Shown: positions 1 to 10,663, numbered from the stretch's first letter. The stretch is 64,000 nucleotides of DNA from Ignavibacteriota bacterium (GCA_963727825.1 CAVSHO010000009.1:448001-512000); one strand, 5' to 3'. Notes: generated from the letters alone by a model not told the origin. Program-made: numbers and translations.

Positions 1-16
1 GATCAAAGCAATCGGA

Positions 17-2608
17 ATGAGTTCCAAAAAGCCATCTCAGAATCCCAGCCAGGTTTCGGGTCCATCAGGAGCGACACAGGAGGAGATCCGATCTGCCGAA
101 TATCTTCGTCGTGCACAGGCTGATAAGTATTTGCCTGGACAACCGGTATTCGCGGAATCATATCAGCCGCTCGCTGTACGGGTCTCGCCAATGTCTCTTG
201 CGGAAAGGCTCAAGCGAAATATTGTGCCGCGGCACGGCTTTTGCAGTATCGTGCCCGGCAGGACGGTCAGCGAGGGTCTCACCACTGGCAATGGAGCGAT
301 GAATATCGAGATGACATGCGATCCATACTCTGAACAGGTTCTCTTCCATCATGAAAGCCTGCTTCTGCCCTGGAGAAGGCCCCTCGAGGCTCCAAAGGTC
401 GCGAACATATTTCCGCAGGTGCGGCAAATGGTAATGGATGGAAAATATAAGGAAGCAATTGAATTCGCATTCAAGGAAATGGAGAAAGGTCCTATAAAAG
501 CAAATACCTGGCCTCACCCCACTGTCCCAGCATTTCTGATGCATCTTGATTTTCCGAAAACATCTTCAGTCAAAAATTATCTCCGCACCGTCAATTTCGA
601 GAACAGTGAGACAAATGTCTATTGGAACGATGAGCACGGCGACTGGCTTCGCCAAACCTTCACGTCACGGCCCGACAATGTTGTGGTCCAATTGATCACC
701 GCTCCAAAAGGACAATCGGTGAATCTAAGAATCACGCTCGCGGATTCCAGGAGAAGAATGCGCCCCAGGACGGATTTCGAGGGAGTACGTTCGGGAAATG
801 TCAACGGAGAAAGCGAAATCAAGCGAGATTTTAACGAACAGCGATTGATTTATATGTGTCGTTTAGATCCTTCCACAGACAACAGCGGCTACGCGGGGAT
901 AGTCCGTGTGGTCCGCAACGGCGGCTCAGCACGAATGGATGATGGTAATCTGGTCATCGAAAACGCGTCGTCTGTAATTCTGCTCACTCGCATCGAATGG
1001 TTTGCCGATTACAGCGACGAGAAAGTGGAAGCTCTGCGGAAAGCCGTGGAAGAACTCACGCCAGATTATGCGGCAATGTTGGAACGGCACAGCAAAATTC
1101 AGTCGGAGGCCTTCAATCGTGTCACTGTGGACTTCGGAGGCGCTTCACAACATGGGATGTCCTCGGAAGAACTCCTTGCCGATCAGAGGTCGAGAGAAGA
1201 CTATTCGCCTGCATTATTGGAGAAGATTTTTGAAATGGGGCGTCATTGGTTCATATACACAAGCGGTAAGTATCCTACGATGGCAGCGGAGGTAAACGCA
1301 AACATTAACCTGCAAATCGCACCCGGTCCGCAGGGTGATTTGCGGGAAGGTATGGATGCCTACTTCAATTGGATGGAAAGCTTGGCTCCGGACTTCCGGA
1401 CTAACGCAAAGAACATCTTCGGGATGCGCGGCACACATTACAACCTCTGTCCGGACAAAGGAGTCGGCTTCGTGTTCCACTACTCCAACGCCGAATCGAC
1501 CGGAGAGATCTGGCCTCATCCCTATTGGATTTCAGCCGGCGGCTGGTGCTGTCGCCCGTTCTGGGACCACTATCTTGTAACTGGTGACCTGGAATTCCTC
1601 CGTAAGCGTGTGGTGCCAGCATTAGAAGAGTTGGCGTTGTTCTACGAAGATTTCCTGACGGTTACCGACAAAGATGGGAATTACATCTTTGTTCCTTCCT
1701 TTTCACCCGAGAACAATCCCGGGAATACAAATCCTTCGAGCATGTTGGTGATCAACGCCAGCATGGACATTGCAGTGTGCAGAGAAGTATTGGCAAATCT
1801 GATTCAGGCTTCAAAAATACTGGGCATCAATGCTGATAGTGTTCCGAAATGGAAAGCTATGCTGGCAAAATTGCCTCCTTACTTGCTCGAAAAGGACGGT
1901 ACCATGAAAGAGTGGGCCTGGCCCACACTGGAAGAGCGCTACAACCATCGTCATATCTCTCATCTCTACGGGGCCTGGCCAGGCGATGAAATCGATCCGG
2001 ATCGCACACCAAAACTGGCTCTCGCTGCGATGATGGCCGACAGAAGGCGCGTGCCAGAGAGGCTGGCGGCCCATGGTCGTTGCCATCGCGCTTTGGTTGG
2101 GGCGCGGCTCAAAGACAATTTCATGGTGGACACTGAGCTGCGGCAACTGATTGAGCAGGGCTACATCGGAACGACACTCAGGTGTTCTCACGACCCCTAC
2201 GCCTTCCCCATGCCGGATGCACAGGGCGGGATTCAAATGATCATGATGGAGATGCTGCTGTACTCGCGCCCCGGTGTGATTGAGGTGCTTCCCGCCCTTC
2301 CTCCCTCGCTGTTAAAAGGATCGATTAACGGAATGCTAGCTCGTACCTTCGCGAGGATCGATAAACTTTCATGGGACATGCGTGCGCGGACTGTCGATAT
2401 GACAATTACGTCTTTCGTAAAGCAGGATATCACATTGATTGCCCGTTATGGAATTGAAGAGATATCTGCTCCCACCGGAATTATGGCAGCGGCACTCCAG
2501 CAAGGCAAAGCCAACTGCGATCTGCACTTGCCGGAGAAAAAGCCGGTGGAAATACGTCTGAAGATTGGACGACACGAACCGCTGGAATGGGTTGCTCAGG
2601 TGACATAG
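17..2608 (+). CDS. Glycoside hydrolase family 95 protein (alpha-L-fucosidase/galactosidase-like, divergent)
   Basis: 863-aa ORF with GH95 hallmarks: N-terminal 'GNG' motif, 'NINLQ', 'PSFSPEN', 'HRHISHLYG', C-terminal 'EMLL..IEVLPALP'. The frame is open to the window edge, so the true start may lie upstream. Confidence 0.85.
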   Translation: MSSKKPSQNPSQVSGPSGATQEEIRSAEYLRRAQADKYLPGQPVFAESYQPLAVRVSPMSLAERLKRNIVPRHGFCSIVPGRTVSEGLTTGNGAMNIEMTCDPYSEQVLFHHESLLLPWRRPLEAPKVANIFPQVRQMVMDGKYKEAIEFAFKEMEKGPIKANTWPHPTVPAFLMHLDFPKTSSVKNYLRTVNFENSETNVYWNDEHGDWLRQTFTSRPDNVVVQLITAPKGQSVNLRITLADSRRRMRPRTDFEGVRSGNVNGESEIKRDFNEQRLIYMCRLDPSTDNSGYAGIVRVVRNGGSARMDDGNLVIENASSVILLTRIEWFADYSDEKVEALRKAVEELTPDYAAMLERHSKIQSEAFNRVTVDFGGASQHGMSSEELLADQRSREDYSPALLEKIFEMGRHWFIYTSGKYPTMAAEVNANINLQIAPGPQGDLREGMDAYFNWMESLAPDFRTNAKNIFGMRGTHYNLCPDKGVGFVFHYSNAESTGEIWPHPYWISAGGWCCRPFWDHYLVTGDLEFLRKRVVPALEELALFYEDFLTVTDKDGNYIFVPSFSPENNPGNTNPSSMLVINASMDIAVCREVLANLIQASKILGINADSVPKWKAMLAKLPPYLLEKDGTMKEWAWPTLEERYNHRHISHLYGAWPGDEIDPDRTPKLALAAMMADRRRVPERLAAHGRCHRALVGARLKDNFMVDTELRQLIEQGYIGTTLRCSHDPYAFPMPDAQGGIQMIMMEMLLYSRPGVIEVLPALPPSLLKGSINGMLARTFARIDKLSWDMRARTVDMTITSFVKQDITLIARYGIEEISAPTGIMAAALQQGKANCDLHLPEKKPVEIRLKIGRHEPLEWVAQVT

Positions 2609-2807
2609 TAACCAGTACTATACTGATAGCAAGAACGAAATCAGTAGGACAATATTGAAACCCGCAGAAAATCACTGAACGAACGGAACAGACAGGGATT
2701 TGAGGGGAACGAGAGGTTAGTTTGTTATTCTAATTCCTGGTCGAGATGAAATATTTTCATCATTCGTCCGTTCGGATCATCACGAATATTTTTATCTTAT
2801 TGCCTGT

Positions 2808-2848
2808 CCGCAACCCTGCAAAAACTTGCAGAGTTGCGGTACTTTTTT
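2808..2848. terminator. Intrinsic terminator hairpin between convergent GH95 and GH51 genes
   Basis: CCGCAACCCTGCAA-aaac-TTGCAGAGTTGCGG stem (one mismatch) followed by a T-run on the + strand. Confidence 0.65.
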
Positions 2849-2863
2849 ATTTAGTAAAACAGA

Positions 2864-4405
2864 CTATGAACCCAATTCCAAAACAATAACTGAGTTGGGC
2901 GGCATATTTACCTTTAAATTACCTTCTGAGATAGAAGCACCATTAAAGGTTTTTGGTACCACGTTTGCAGGATTATCAAATGTGTTATGGTCCTGAACTT
3001 TTGAAGACGTCAAAATCCTACCTTTTAATTGTTTTGCTTTAAAACCCTTCAAATCAATTTCCACTTCTTGATTATTCTTGTTATCAATATTTGTAAGAGA
3101 AATGTGCATCATACCCGACTGATCTTTTGAAGCAGAGACAGAAACAGCTTGAATCCGATTGTTTCCCATTATAAAGTCATTCGAAATTATTCGTACGGGC
3201 ACTAAAATCGCATCCTGATGAACTTTGTACATTTCCATTACATGATAGGTTGGTGTAAGAATAATTTTTTCATCCTTTGTTAGGATAACTGACTGGAGAA
3301 CATTTACGACCTGAGCCAGGTTAGCCATTCTAACTCTATCTGCATGATTGTTAAAGATGTTCAGCGTAAGTCCGGCGATCATGGCATCGCGCATTGTATT
3401 TTGCTGGTATAATTGTCCATTCCCTTCCGGGTCGGTTTCGTACCATCCTCCCCATTCATCAATTATAAGTGCAACTCTTTTCTTTGGGTCGTATTTATCC
3501 ATCATTTCACTATTAATACGTATCACATCTTCCATACGCCAAGCTTGTTGCATGGTTTTAAAATATTCTTCATCTGTAAACTTTGTCGACGAGCTTTTGT
3601 TACTCCAATTAGTAACCGAATAATAATGAACTGAAACACCTTCGAAACGTTTTGCAGGTATATCTTTCATAATTTCTTCTGTCCACTTCGCATCTGGACC
3701 TCCAGGTCCAACCGCTACTCTAAAAAGTTTCTCAGTATTACTGTAGCTTGTCATTGCGGTTGCATACTGTTTATATAGATTAACATAATGATCTACCGAC
3801 ATATTACCGCCGCAGTCCCAAGATTCATTACCTATTCCCCAAAACTTTACGTTCCAGGGTTTATCACGTCCGCTTTTTTCTCGAATGTCTGTTAGATTGC
3901 TTGTACCATTGGCATGATTTGCATATTGAACCCATTCTACAGCTTCTTGCACAGTACCGGTATTTATATTTACAGCCAAATATGGTTCTGCGCCAAGCAG
4001 TTCACACAAATTTAAGAACTCAGTTGTACCAAAACTATTGTCTTCCCGCACATTGCCCCAGGATAAGTTTTCAATCGGCTTTCTTTCATTTTTAGGTCCT
4101 ACGGCATCTTTCCAGTGATAGGTATCGGCAAAGCACCCGCCTGGCCAACGAAGGTTTGGTATTTTTAAATCCTTTAGTGCTTTTATTATATCGTTTCGTA
4201 CACCGGAGGTATTTGGAATTTTGGTGTTATTCTCCCCAACATATATTCCTCCATAAATCAATCTTCCTATATGCTCGGCAAAGTGTCCGTAGATGTTTCT
4301 GCTGATCTGTGTCTTCGCCAGGTCGGCATCTAATGTAATTTTGGTCTGGGCCGCTAATACAAGCGGTAAAATTCCGAACAGAAGTGAAAGAGTTATTTTT
4401 CTCAT
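2864..4405 (-). CDS. abfA: Alpha-L-arabinofuranosidase, GH51 (secreted)
   Basis: Signal peptide; 'YGHFAEH', 'LRWPGGCFAD', 'WGIGNE' (acid/base Glu), 'IIDEWG' (nucleophile), 'MANLAQVVNVLQ'. Confidence 0.95.
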   Translation of the reverse strand: MRKITLSLLFGILPLVLAAQTKITLDADLAKTQISRNIYGHFAEHIGRLIYGGIYVGENNTKIPNTSGVRNDIIKALKDLKIPNLRWPGGCFADTYHWKDAVGPKNERKPIENLSWGNVREDNSFGTTEFLNLCELLGAEPYLAVNINTGTVQEAVEWVQYANHANGTSNLTDIREKSGRDKPWNVKFWGIGNESWDCGGNMSVDHYVNLYKQYATAMTSYSNTEKLFRVAVGPGGPDAKWTEEIMKDIPAKRFEGVSVHYYSVTNWSNKSSSTKFTDEEYFKTMQQAWRMEDVIRINSEMMDKYDPKKRVALIIDEWGGWYETDPEGNGQLYQQNTMRDAMIAGLTLNIFNNHADRVRMANLAQVVNVLQSVILTKDEKIILTPTYHVMEMYKVHQDAILVPVRIISNDFIMGNNRIQAVSVSASKDQSGMMHISLTNIDNKNNQEVEIDLKGFKAKQLKGRILTSSKVQDHNTFDNPANVVPKTFNGASISEGNLKVNMPPNSVIVLELGS

Positions 4406-4530
4406 TTCAAATTACTCCATATTTTTCTGATTAATGTTTCTATAATATCTAAAGAATCAATTAATTGGTAAAATGTCAAACTCAGGTGATTTCACATCTG
4501 AAATGAATGAGAAATTTAACAAGTGATTGT

Positions 4531-4559
4531 TTGACAATGCAAAATGCGATAGATAAATT
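4531..4559 (+). promoter_or_regulatory. Putative sigma70 promoter for the DUF362 gene
   Basis: TTGACA (4531-4536), 17 nt, TAAATT (4554-4559). The -35 lies within an ATTGT-ttg-ACAAT palindrome. Confidence 0.5.
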
Positions 4560-4612
4560 ATGAGAGGATCAAAATGTCGATCCGTCACATGAATTTATCA
4601 GGGTAAAACTAT

Positions 4613-5737
4613 ATGCAAATGAATCGTCGGGAAATTTTAAAAACCCTTGCAGCGGGAGTTGTAGGAGTTGGAGTTTCGGGATGCAGGGATGCTGCCCCAA
4701 AAAGCACAGCTTCTTTTAAACCTGTTTATTCTGGACATGGTAAACATGCAACTTTTGAAAAGGTTCTCAAACCATCAAATGTATGCCTTATAAAAGGGAA
4801 TGATGCACGTGATAATACATTCAAGGCACTGAAGAATATTGAAGACGAAATCTTGACGTCTCTCGAAGGGAAGAAACACGTCCTGATCAAACCGAATTTT
4901 GTGTTTGTGAACAATCCTCTTTGCGCCACCAGTGTTGATTCCGTAAGGGGAATACTTGATTTTATTAAGCCTCGCTTCAAAGGCCCTATTGAGATAGGTG
5001 AATCAACTGCTTCTTCTTCCATATGGGGTTTCCTGAGTTCTGCGAAAACTTATGACGGATTCAAGGCTTACGGATATCTGCCTCTGGAGAAAGAATACGG
5101 TGTTAAACTTACTGACCTTAACCTCGAACCTACTATAAATCACTACATTTTTAATTCTGCCGGTAATAAACCACAACCTATTCGCATTATAGCAAAATAT
5201 CTCGACGGGGATCAGTACTTAATTTCTGCAGGTAAAATGAAAACACACAATTGCGTTCTGGTGACTTTATCGCTGAAGAATATACTTATGGGTGCTCCCA
5301 TAAACGATTATGACACACAGAATGATAAGATGCTGATGCATTGCTGGGACCAACGAAGTTTTAGGCCGGGTATGAAACTTACTTTGACAAAGGATATGGT
5401 GCTGCACTACAATCTTTTCCAGCTTTCGCAAATAGCATATCCCGATCTTGGCGTAGTTGATGCATTTACATCAATGGAGGGTGATGGCCCTATCGACGGA
5501 ACTCCGGTTAATACAAGGCTTGCAATTGCCAGCGTTGACCCGCTTGCTTTGGATACTCTTGGGACAAAAATAATGGGGTTTGATCCGACTCAAATCCTTT
5601 ACATGTCATCAATGAATGAAGCAGGATTGGGACAGGGCGATCTTGACAAAATCAAAGTCCTGGGTGCGAATCTAAATGATTGCCTGTTTAAATTCAAACC
5701 TCATAAAGATCTTGCAGAAGCATACGGAATAATGTAA
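4613..5737 (+). CDS. DUF362 domain protein with twin-arginine signal, probable lipoprotein
   Basis: 'MNRREILK' Tat motif and 'VSGC' lipobox; DUF362 motifs 'VLIKPN', 'KMKTH..VTLSLKN', 'MEGDGP..G', 'DPLALD'. Confidence 0.85.
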   Translation: MQMNRREILKTLAAGVVGVGVSGCRDAAPKSTASFKPVYSGHGKHATFEKVLKPSNVCLIKGNDARDNTFKALKNIEDEILTSLEGKKHVLIKPNFVFVNNPLCATSVDSVRGILDFIKPRFKGPIEIGESTASSSIWGFLSSAKTYDGFKAYGYLPLEKEYGVKLTDLNLEPTINHYIFNSAGNKPQPIRIIAKYLDGDQYLISAGKMKTHNCVLVTLSLKNILMGAPINDYDTQNDKMLMHCWDQRSFRPGMKLTLTKDMVLHYNLFQLSQIAYPDLGVVDAFTSMEGDGPIDGTPVNTRLAIASVDPLALDTLGTKIMGFDPTQILYMSSMNEAGLGQGDLDKIKVLGANLNDCLFKFKPHKDLAEAYGIM

Positions 5738-5786
5738 TTGCTGGAACAAGTAAATCGTCCTTATAAATTGCATCAATTAGATTATA

Positions 5787-7475
5787 TCAATAGCTAATTT
5801 GCACGAAAGATACTGCCTGACGCGGCAATTGCATTTTTATGGTTGCTACTGTATTTTTGATTTTTATTTCTGAAGGTTTTGAAAGTGTTTCTAACCATCC
5901 TGCTTTTTCAAGTTTGGCAATTTGATCGGCCGTAGGTTTCTGTGGTGACCCCATCTTTTTCCATGCTTCATAGGAATTGCTATGCTCCTTGTCTATCCGG
6001 TATTGTGTTAGTTTTGCTTTCTCAACCGGGATCCCTTTGATATTAAGAACTACTGGAGAGCCAGTATCTTTAATATCCAGATCATAATAATTCCAAAGTA
6101 AAACCGTTACTGTTTTTTTATCGCTGCATGCAAATGCATTTATGTCGGTTTGTTCATCTCTGATGCTTGAATCGCAAATAGTCTTGAAGTTGTATCTCAA
6201 ATCCCCTGAAACCTCAACACGGTTGCCCGACATCATTCCTAACATACGAAAAACATTAAGTACTGGCTTATCTACACCATTTGTTGCTAAGCTGCGAAAT
6301 CCGGCAAACCAAGGTTGGTCTTCAAATTCAAACGACCAGTTAACAGCACCAATCAGGTTAACTCCATAATAATCTGCCATATCATAAATGCGTGCGATAG
6401 ATGCGGCTTCGTAACTTGAATAGAGTGTACCATTTCGATAAGCATTTTCAGGATAAGTCATCACGCCGCAGGCCGCACATCCTTCGGGATCGGATTCCCC
6501 AATAATAACCGGAAGATTTTTGATTTCAGGGAACGAAGTAATTACTGAAAAATTATCCTTAATGTTATTCAATTGTGATTTCATTCCCATACGTACAACT
6601 CCATTTATAATATCAGGAGATCCTTTCGCATGAAATGCCACATAGTCAAGCGGGGCTCCAATCTTTCCAGTGGCTGAATTGGTATCCGATAAGCAATGCC
6701 GGAGAAATGAACGTAAAAACCAGGCACCACCACCGGTTGAATGCGGACCGCCAATACGGGCTGTCGGCAATGCACGTTTCACTGCATCTGATGCATAATC
6801 ATACATCTTGCAATAATCTGTCAATTTTTCTTTAGACATTAAGTAAAAAATGTCTGGTTCATTCCATAATTCCCAGTACCAACTTTCAACTTCGGCTTTC
6901 CCGTAGCGTTCAATACTGTGCTTCACCCATTGATAAATTAGTTCAGCCCATTTTCTATAGTCTTTTGGAGGATAGGCCCAACCTGTTTCCAGCTTTTCAG
7001 ACCCGCCAGGAATCCAATGATGTTGGTATGGTTCAGGGTGAGTTGAAAGCGCTTCGGGCATGAAACCAATTTCTACGAGAGGCCTCATTTTCCGTTCAAT
7101 ATAGGTGTCGAATATTTTATCAATAATCGTCCAATTGTAAACGGGTTTGCCAAGGCTGTCTTCTGTATACATATTGGTGGATCCCCATTTAAGCGCTGGT
7201 GTTCCATCACCTGACGTCATTAGATTATGATTACGAACGTAAACTGGGACAGGGCTTAAGGCTGTTATTTCTGATAATAATTTCTTTCCATTTTTCATGT
7301 AAGTATAATTAGGTTCATCATATCCAAACCATGCCCAGATATATTTCATCGGGCCTTTCTCTTTTGTGATGTCGACAGTAATAGAGATTGTATCGGTTTG
7401 TGCATGAGCACACGAACAGAGGCAAATAAAAAGCAGAAAGATTTTATATCGCCTTGATACCATCACCCGCATCAT
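5787..7475 (-). CDS. Beta-xylosidase, GH39 (secreted)
   Basis: Signal peptide; 'VEIGFMP', 'WELWNEPD', 'IIGESDPEGCAAC', C-terminal beta-sandwich with 'ID..HSN'. Confidence 0.9.
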   Translation of the reverse strand: MMRVMVSRRYKIFLLFICLCSCAHAQTDTISITVDITKEKGPMKYIWAWFGYDEPNYTYMKNGKKLLSEITALSPVPVYVRNHNLMTSGDGTPALKWGSTNMYTEDSLGKPVYNWTIIDKIFDTYIERKMRPLVEIGFMPEALSTHPEPYQHHWIPGGSEKLETGWAYPPKDYRKWAELIYQWVKHSIERYGKAEVESWYWELWNEPDIFYLMSKEKLTDYCKMYDYASDAVKRALPTARIGGPHSTGGGAWFLRSFLRHCLSDTNSATGKIGAPLDYVAFHAKGSPDIINGVVRMGMKSQLNNIKDNFSVITSFPEIKNLPVIIGESDPEGCAACGVMTYPENAYRNGTLYSSYEAASIARIYDMADYYGVNLIGAVNWSFEFEDQPWFAGFRSLATNGVDKPVLNVFRMLGMMSGNRVEVSGDLRYNFKTICDSSIRDEQTDINAFACSDKKTVTVLLWNYYDLDIKDTGSPVVLNIKGIPVEKAKLTQYRIDKEHSNSYEAWKKMGSPQKPTADQIAKLEKAGWLETLSKPSEIKIKNTVATIKMQLPRQAVSFVQISY

Positions 7476-7525
7476 AAAGATTCACTTCAATAATCGTTGA
7501 GTAAATAATTCGACTTGTGACATCA

Positions 7526-10249
7526 CTACGCTTTACGCACAACAAAGTACGGTTGGTTCGTCAAGTCCGCCGTGAATCCCGGGTACAACCATGCTTTTTC
7601 CGGTCCTTCTTTTAGTTCAAAATAATATTGAAGAGGATACTGCGAGTTGGTATAATCCGCCGGTATAGACGCCCGATAACTCTTACCTATCAGATTCATT
7701 TCCACTGTTTCATATCGCTCGGCATGATTCACATGACGATAGTATAACCGTGCTGAAGCGATTGCATTCTCAACCGATAGTTCGAGATCAAGAGGTTCTC
7801 CTGCTTTAAATCGTTCCGGTTGGATATGGTGACAAACCGTAAAAGAATGTATGGGTCGTCCCATGGCTTCCTGTATAGCCAATCGCACATTGTCCTGTTG
7901 AGCAACGGTACTGATTTGAGTTTGCTCAATTTTTTTCGCCATAAAAGCTATATCCTCATCTATGGCAGGCAATCTATCGAGCCAATGTCCGCGTTGGATA
8001 TCCATTTCACCAACGGTAATATCAGGCTTGTAAACATCTCGGGCTCGGTTAGCAAGCTCAGCCCAATTATTCCGTGCTTTTTTATACATCTTCAAAGATA
8101 GTTCCAGTGCCGTGCGATCGCCGCTTTGTTCGAAGATTGCGTAGAGAACACCGGCCCGAAATTTGGCTCCAAAGAAGCGACCTAATCCCACTTGGATGGC
8201 CACATCAATAGCCATTCGGTGAAATTCAGGTCTTTGTTTGCCTGTCGCCTGGTTTTCTGCCAGTGCAAGATGTTTAACTGCCGCATCTGCATAGTCTTCT
8301 ATCCATTGCGCATATTCGATGGGCGAGTATTTGCCGCTACGTTCGCCCTTTAATAATTCTGTTGCAAAATCGTTGATCCGCATAAACAGTTGCGGATCCA
8401 TCGGGCTGACATTGCCGAAAACTTTGGGTGACGGGGTGTCAAAAAACGGATTTTTATTATTCGGATCTGCAATCGATAGGTTGGTGTACATCTCAGGCCA
8501 GTAGAGATTGTTCGCAGCCGAAACCCCGTGAGCAGTTAGCACAATTGGAAGTATGCGGGAAGCGTTTGCAAGAGCCAATTCAACAGCCTCTGCTCCGGCA
8601 CCGAATTTTTTATTCAGATATCGGCGCCATACATCCGGTTCTGTATTAGGATTGTAAGCCAGTCTCCCAAAAACTCTAAGACTGTAAAGATATTTTTCCC
8701 AATCCCACCGAGGTTTTAGGGATGAATCCAAATAACCACAACGATCTCCGGCAATACCGGATCCACGACGACCTTTGAACGATAGCGGTTCCATAAGTTC
8801 GACTCCTGCACTACCACAGAAACTGAACGCCCTTGAGTGTGCAGCACTCGTCACCGGATCGCCCCATAACAGAAGACGTTGCGTCCCTGGCCAGACTCGA
8901 TGCAACACTCCATAGCGCCGGTCTTCCTTGAAAAGATCGCCATAGCCGTAACGAATAAAACTTCGTGATCCCGCACTTAGCTTCATTAGTTCAGTAGTTG
9001 TTGTGTCCGGCTTCGGTATTTCGTATGCTCGAATGTCGGCCTGATGATATGGCATGCCGAGATGCTCAGCCCAGTACTTGGGAGAGATATTGACCGGCAA
9101 TCCGGTGGCAACGGCTACATCGATCAACGTTTGGTTCAAACCTTTCGCATGTAAATCAATCTCAACTTTGCGGCCACATGTAGCTACGCCATCAAATACT
9201 GTCTTCCAAAAATTGTAACTACCCTCATTCACGCCGCTCTCCCCGTGTGTGCGGAAGGTAACTCCGCTGATGGCGGGACAAACTTTTAAAAGTTGTCGAA
9301 TGGCGTCCCGGCAATATGGGCCATGGGTTTCGGGTGTTAGTCCCTCGATAGTATAATTCGGATTAGGACTATTGAGCCATTCATATCCATGCATCCAGAT
9401 TCCCAACTGAAATTGAATACCTCGAGCTATCGTTTGTTCGCTGATGAATTTCAACATTTCGAGATTTTTTTCACGTTCTGCATCAGGCAATTGCGGTACG
9501 CGTACGTTGTATCCCGGAACAGATAAAAAGAATGGATAAGCAAATAGGAAATAAGCATCAGTTACATTTTGGAGAAAATCGTAGCCAAGCCCCAAGCATA
9601 AATTGAAGCGATTAAATCGTTGGGTAGTCACCATAGTAAGATACTGTTTCCACATTTCACGGTCGTTGAACCAGGGTTTATCCTCGATATCGCTGACAAA
9701 GAGTCTTGTAATGCTGCGGATGGCATTAGCAGGTCGCTCAATAATAGGTTTTTGAATATTCAGTGACTTTAAAGGTTGATTTGAATATTTGACACGATCT
9801 GCAAGTTCAAGCAGTGCATAAATTAGCCCCCGCACGTCATATCCACAAGCCAGCAAGACTTGTCTGTCATCTGATTTAGCCGGTACTAAACCAAGGGCTT
9901 CAGATGCAACCGGGATATTTATCTTCACATCTTTTAGTAATTGACGGGCCATGGAAGAATTTGAGCCTGCCACGACAATGATTAAATCACCGCTTCTGGC
10001 CTGAGCAAGTAGATCGCATCTATAGACGTTTATTCCACCGAACGTCAGGGATTCCTCTAATTCCTTCACAGCCCACTGTGACGGCAGCGACATTGCTATA
10101 ATGTCAGCGGGATCTATAACAATAGAAACTCCTTTTGTTTTGAATTTAAAGTAGCCTAAGGAGGATATCCCAAGAGCGGAAATTCCAGCTACTTTCACAA
10201 AGCGCCGCCGGCTAATGCCTTTGAGTTCCTTTGAAGACTTTTGATTCAC
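7526..10249 (-). CDS. Large Tat-exported hypothetical protein, glycoside-hydrolase-like architecture
   Basis: 907-aa ORF (GTG start, GGGGA RBS) with 'ISRRRFVK' Tat motif and a 'GYDVRGLIYALLELAD' segment like GH20/GH67 N-terminal domains. Family not recognised. Confidence 0.7.
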   Translation of the reverse strand: MNQKSSKELKGISRRRFVKVAGISALGISSLGYFKFKTKGVSIVIDPADIIAMSLPSQWAVKELEESLTFGGINVYRCDLLAQARSGDLIIVVAGSNSSMARQLLKDVKINIPVASEALGLVPAKSDDRQVLLACGYDVRGLIYALLELADRVKYSNQPLKSLNIQKPIIERPANAIRSITRLFVSDIEDKPWFNDREMWKQYLTMVTTQRFNRFNLCLGLGYDFLQNVTDAYFLFAYPFFLSVPGYNVRVPQLPDAEREKNLEMLKFISEQTIARGIQFQLGIWMHGYEWLNSPNPNYTIEGLTPETHGPYCRDAIRQLLKVCPAISGVTFRTHGESGVNEGSYNFWKTVFDGVATCGRKVEIDLHAKGLNQTLIDVAVATGLPVNISPKYWAEHLGMPYHQADIRAYEIPKPDTTTTELMKLSAGSRSFIRYGYGDLFKEDRRYGVLHRVWPGTQRLLLWGDPVTSAAHSRAFSFCGSAGVELMEPLSFKGRRGSGIAGDRCGYLDSSLKPRWDWEKYLYSLRVFGRLAYNPNTEPDVWRRYLNKKFGAGAEAVELALANASRILPIVLTAHGVSAANNLYWPEMYTNLSIADPNNKNPFFDTPSPKVFGNVSPMDPQLFMRINDFATELLKGERSGKYSPIEYAQWIEDYADAAVKHLALAENQATGKQRPEFHRMAIDVAIQVGLGRFFGAKFRAGVLYAIFEQSGDRTALELSLKMYKKARNNWAELANRARDVYKPDITVGEMDIQRGHWLDRLPAIDEDIAFMAKKIEQTQISTVAQQDNVRLAIQEAMGRPIHSFTVCHHIQPERFKAGEPLDLELSVENAIASARLYYRHVNHAERYETVEMNLIGKSYRASIPADYTNSQYPLQYYFELKEGPEKAWLYPGFTADLTNQPYFVVRKA

Positions 10250-10416
10250 ATCATATCCCCCTTAAATCAATTCCTATCGTATAAGCGGACGAGGAGGCAT
10301 AATATACTGTTGGAGTAATTTATATTTCTTTATTATAAATTCAAACTGAAGTAATTCCAAAGTTGGAGGCGATATTTCGTCGATATTTCTGACGTTGTTA
10401 GATTTTTTGCTTAAAT

Positions 10417-10663
10417 GTCGACCAGCGGGCAAGAAATTATTGGAAAGTTGAGGAAAGCATATTATCCCAATTCTATGGTAAAAAATCTTAATCAATTCGG
10501 TTGTGACTAGAGAAAACAATGTTCTTCTACTACAAAGTCCAAAGAAAAATCCAAATCGGTAAAGTTTGGTTGAGATTTTTTAATTTATAGGCAGAACTTT
10601 GATGTGTTTTTTTGTTTTTGATGCCGGCGCGCTCATCCGGTCGACTTGAACACCAAGTTAGGC
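10417..10663 (-). repeat. attC-like site remnant (R'' and L'' boxes, degenerate partner arm)
   Basis: Minus strand GCCTAAC-ttggtg-TTCAAGTCGACC resembles the classical attC left half. The complementary arm GTCGACCAGCGGGC is at 10417-10430. A 44-codon ORF (10792-10658) ends with its TAA inside GCCTAAC. Confidence 0.45.

Noticed and set aside
2657-2785. Weak inverted repeat CGAACGGA / TCCGTTCG resembling REP-like elements
   Set aside because: Only 8 bp of complementarity and no clear second copy in the window.
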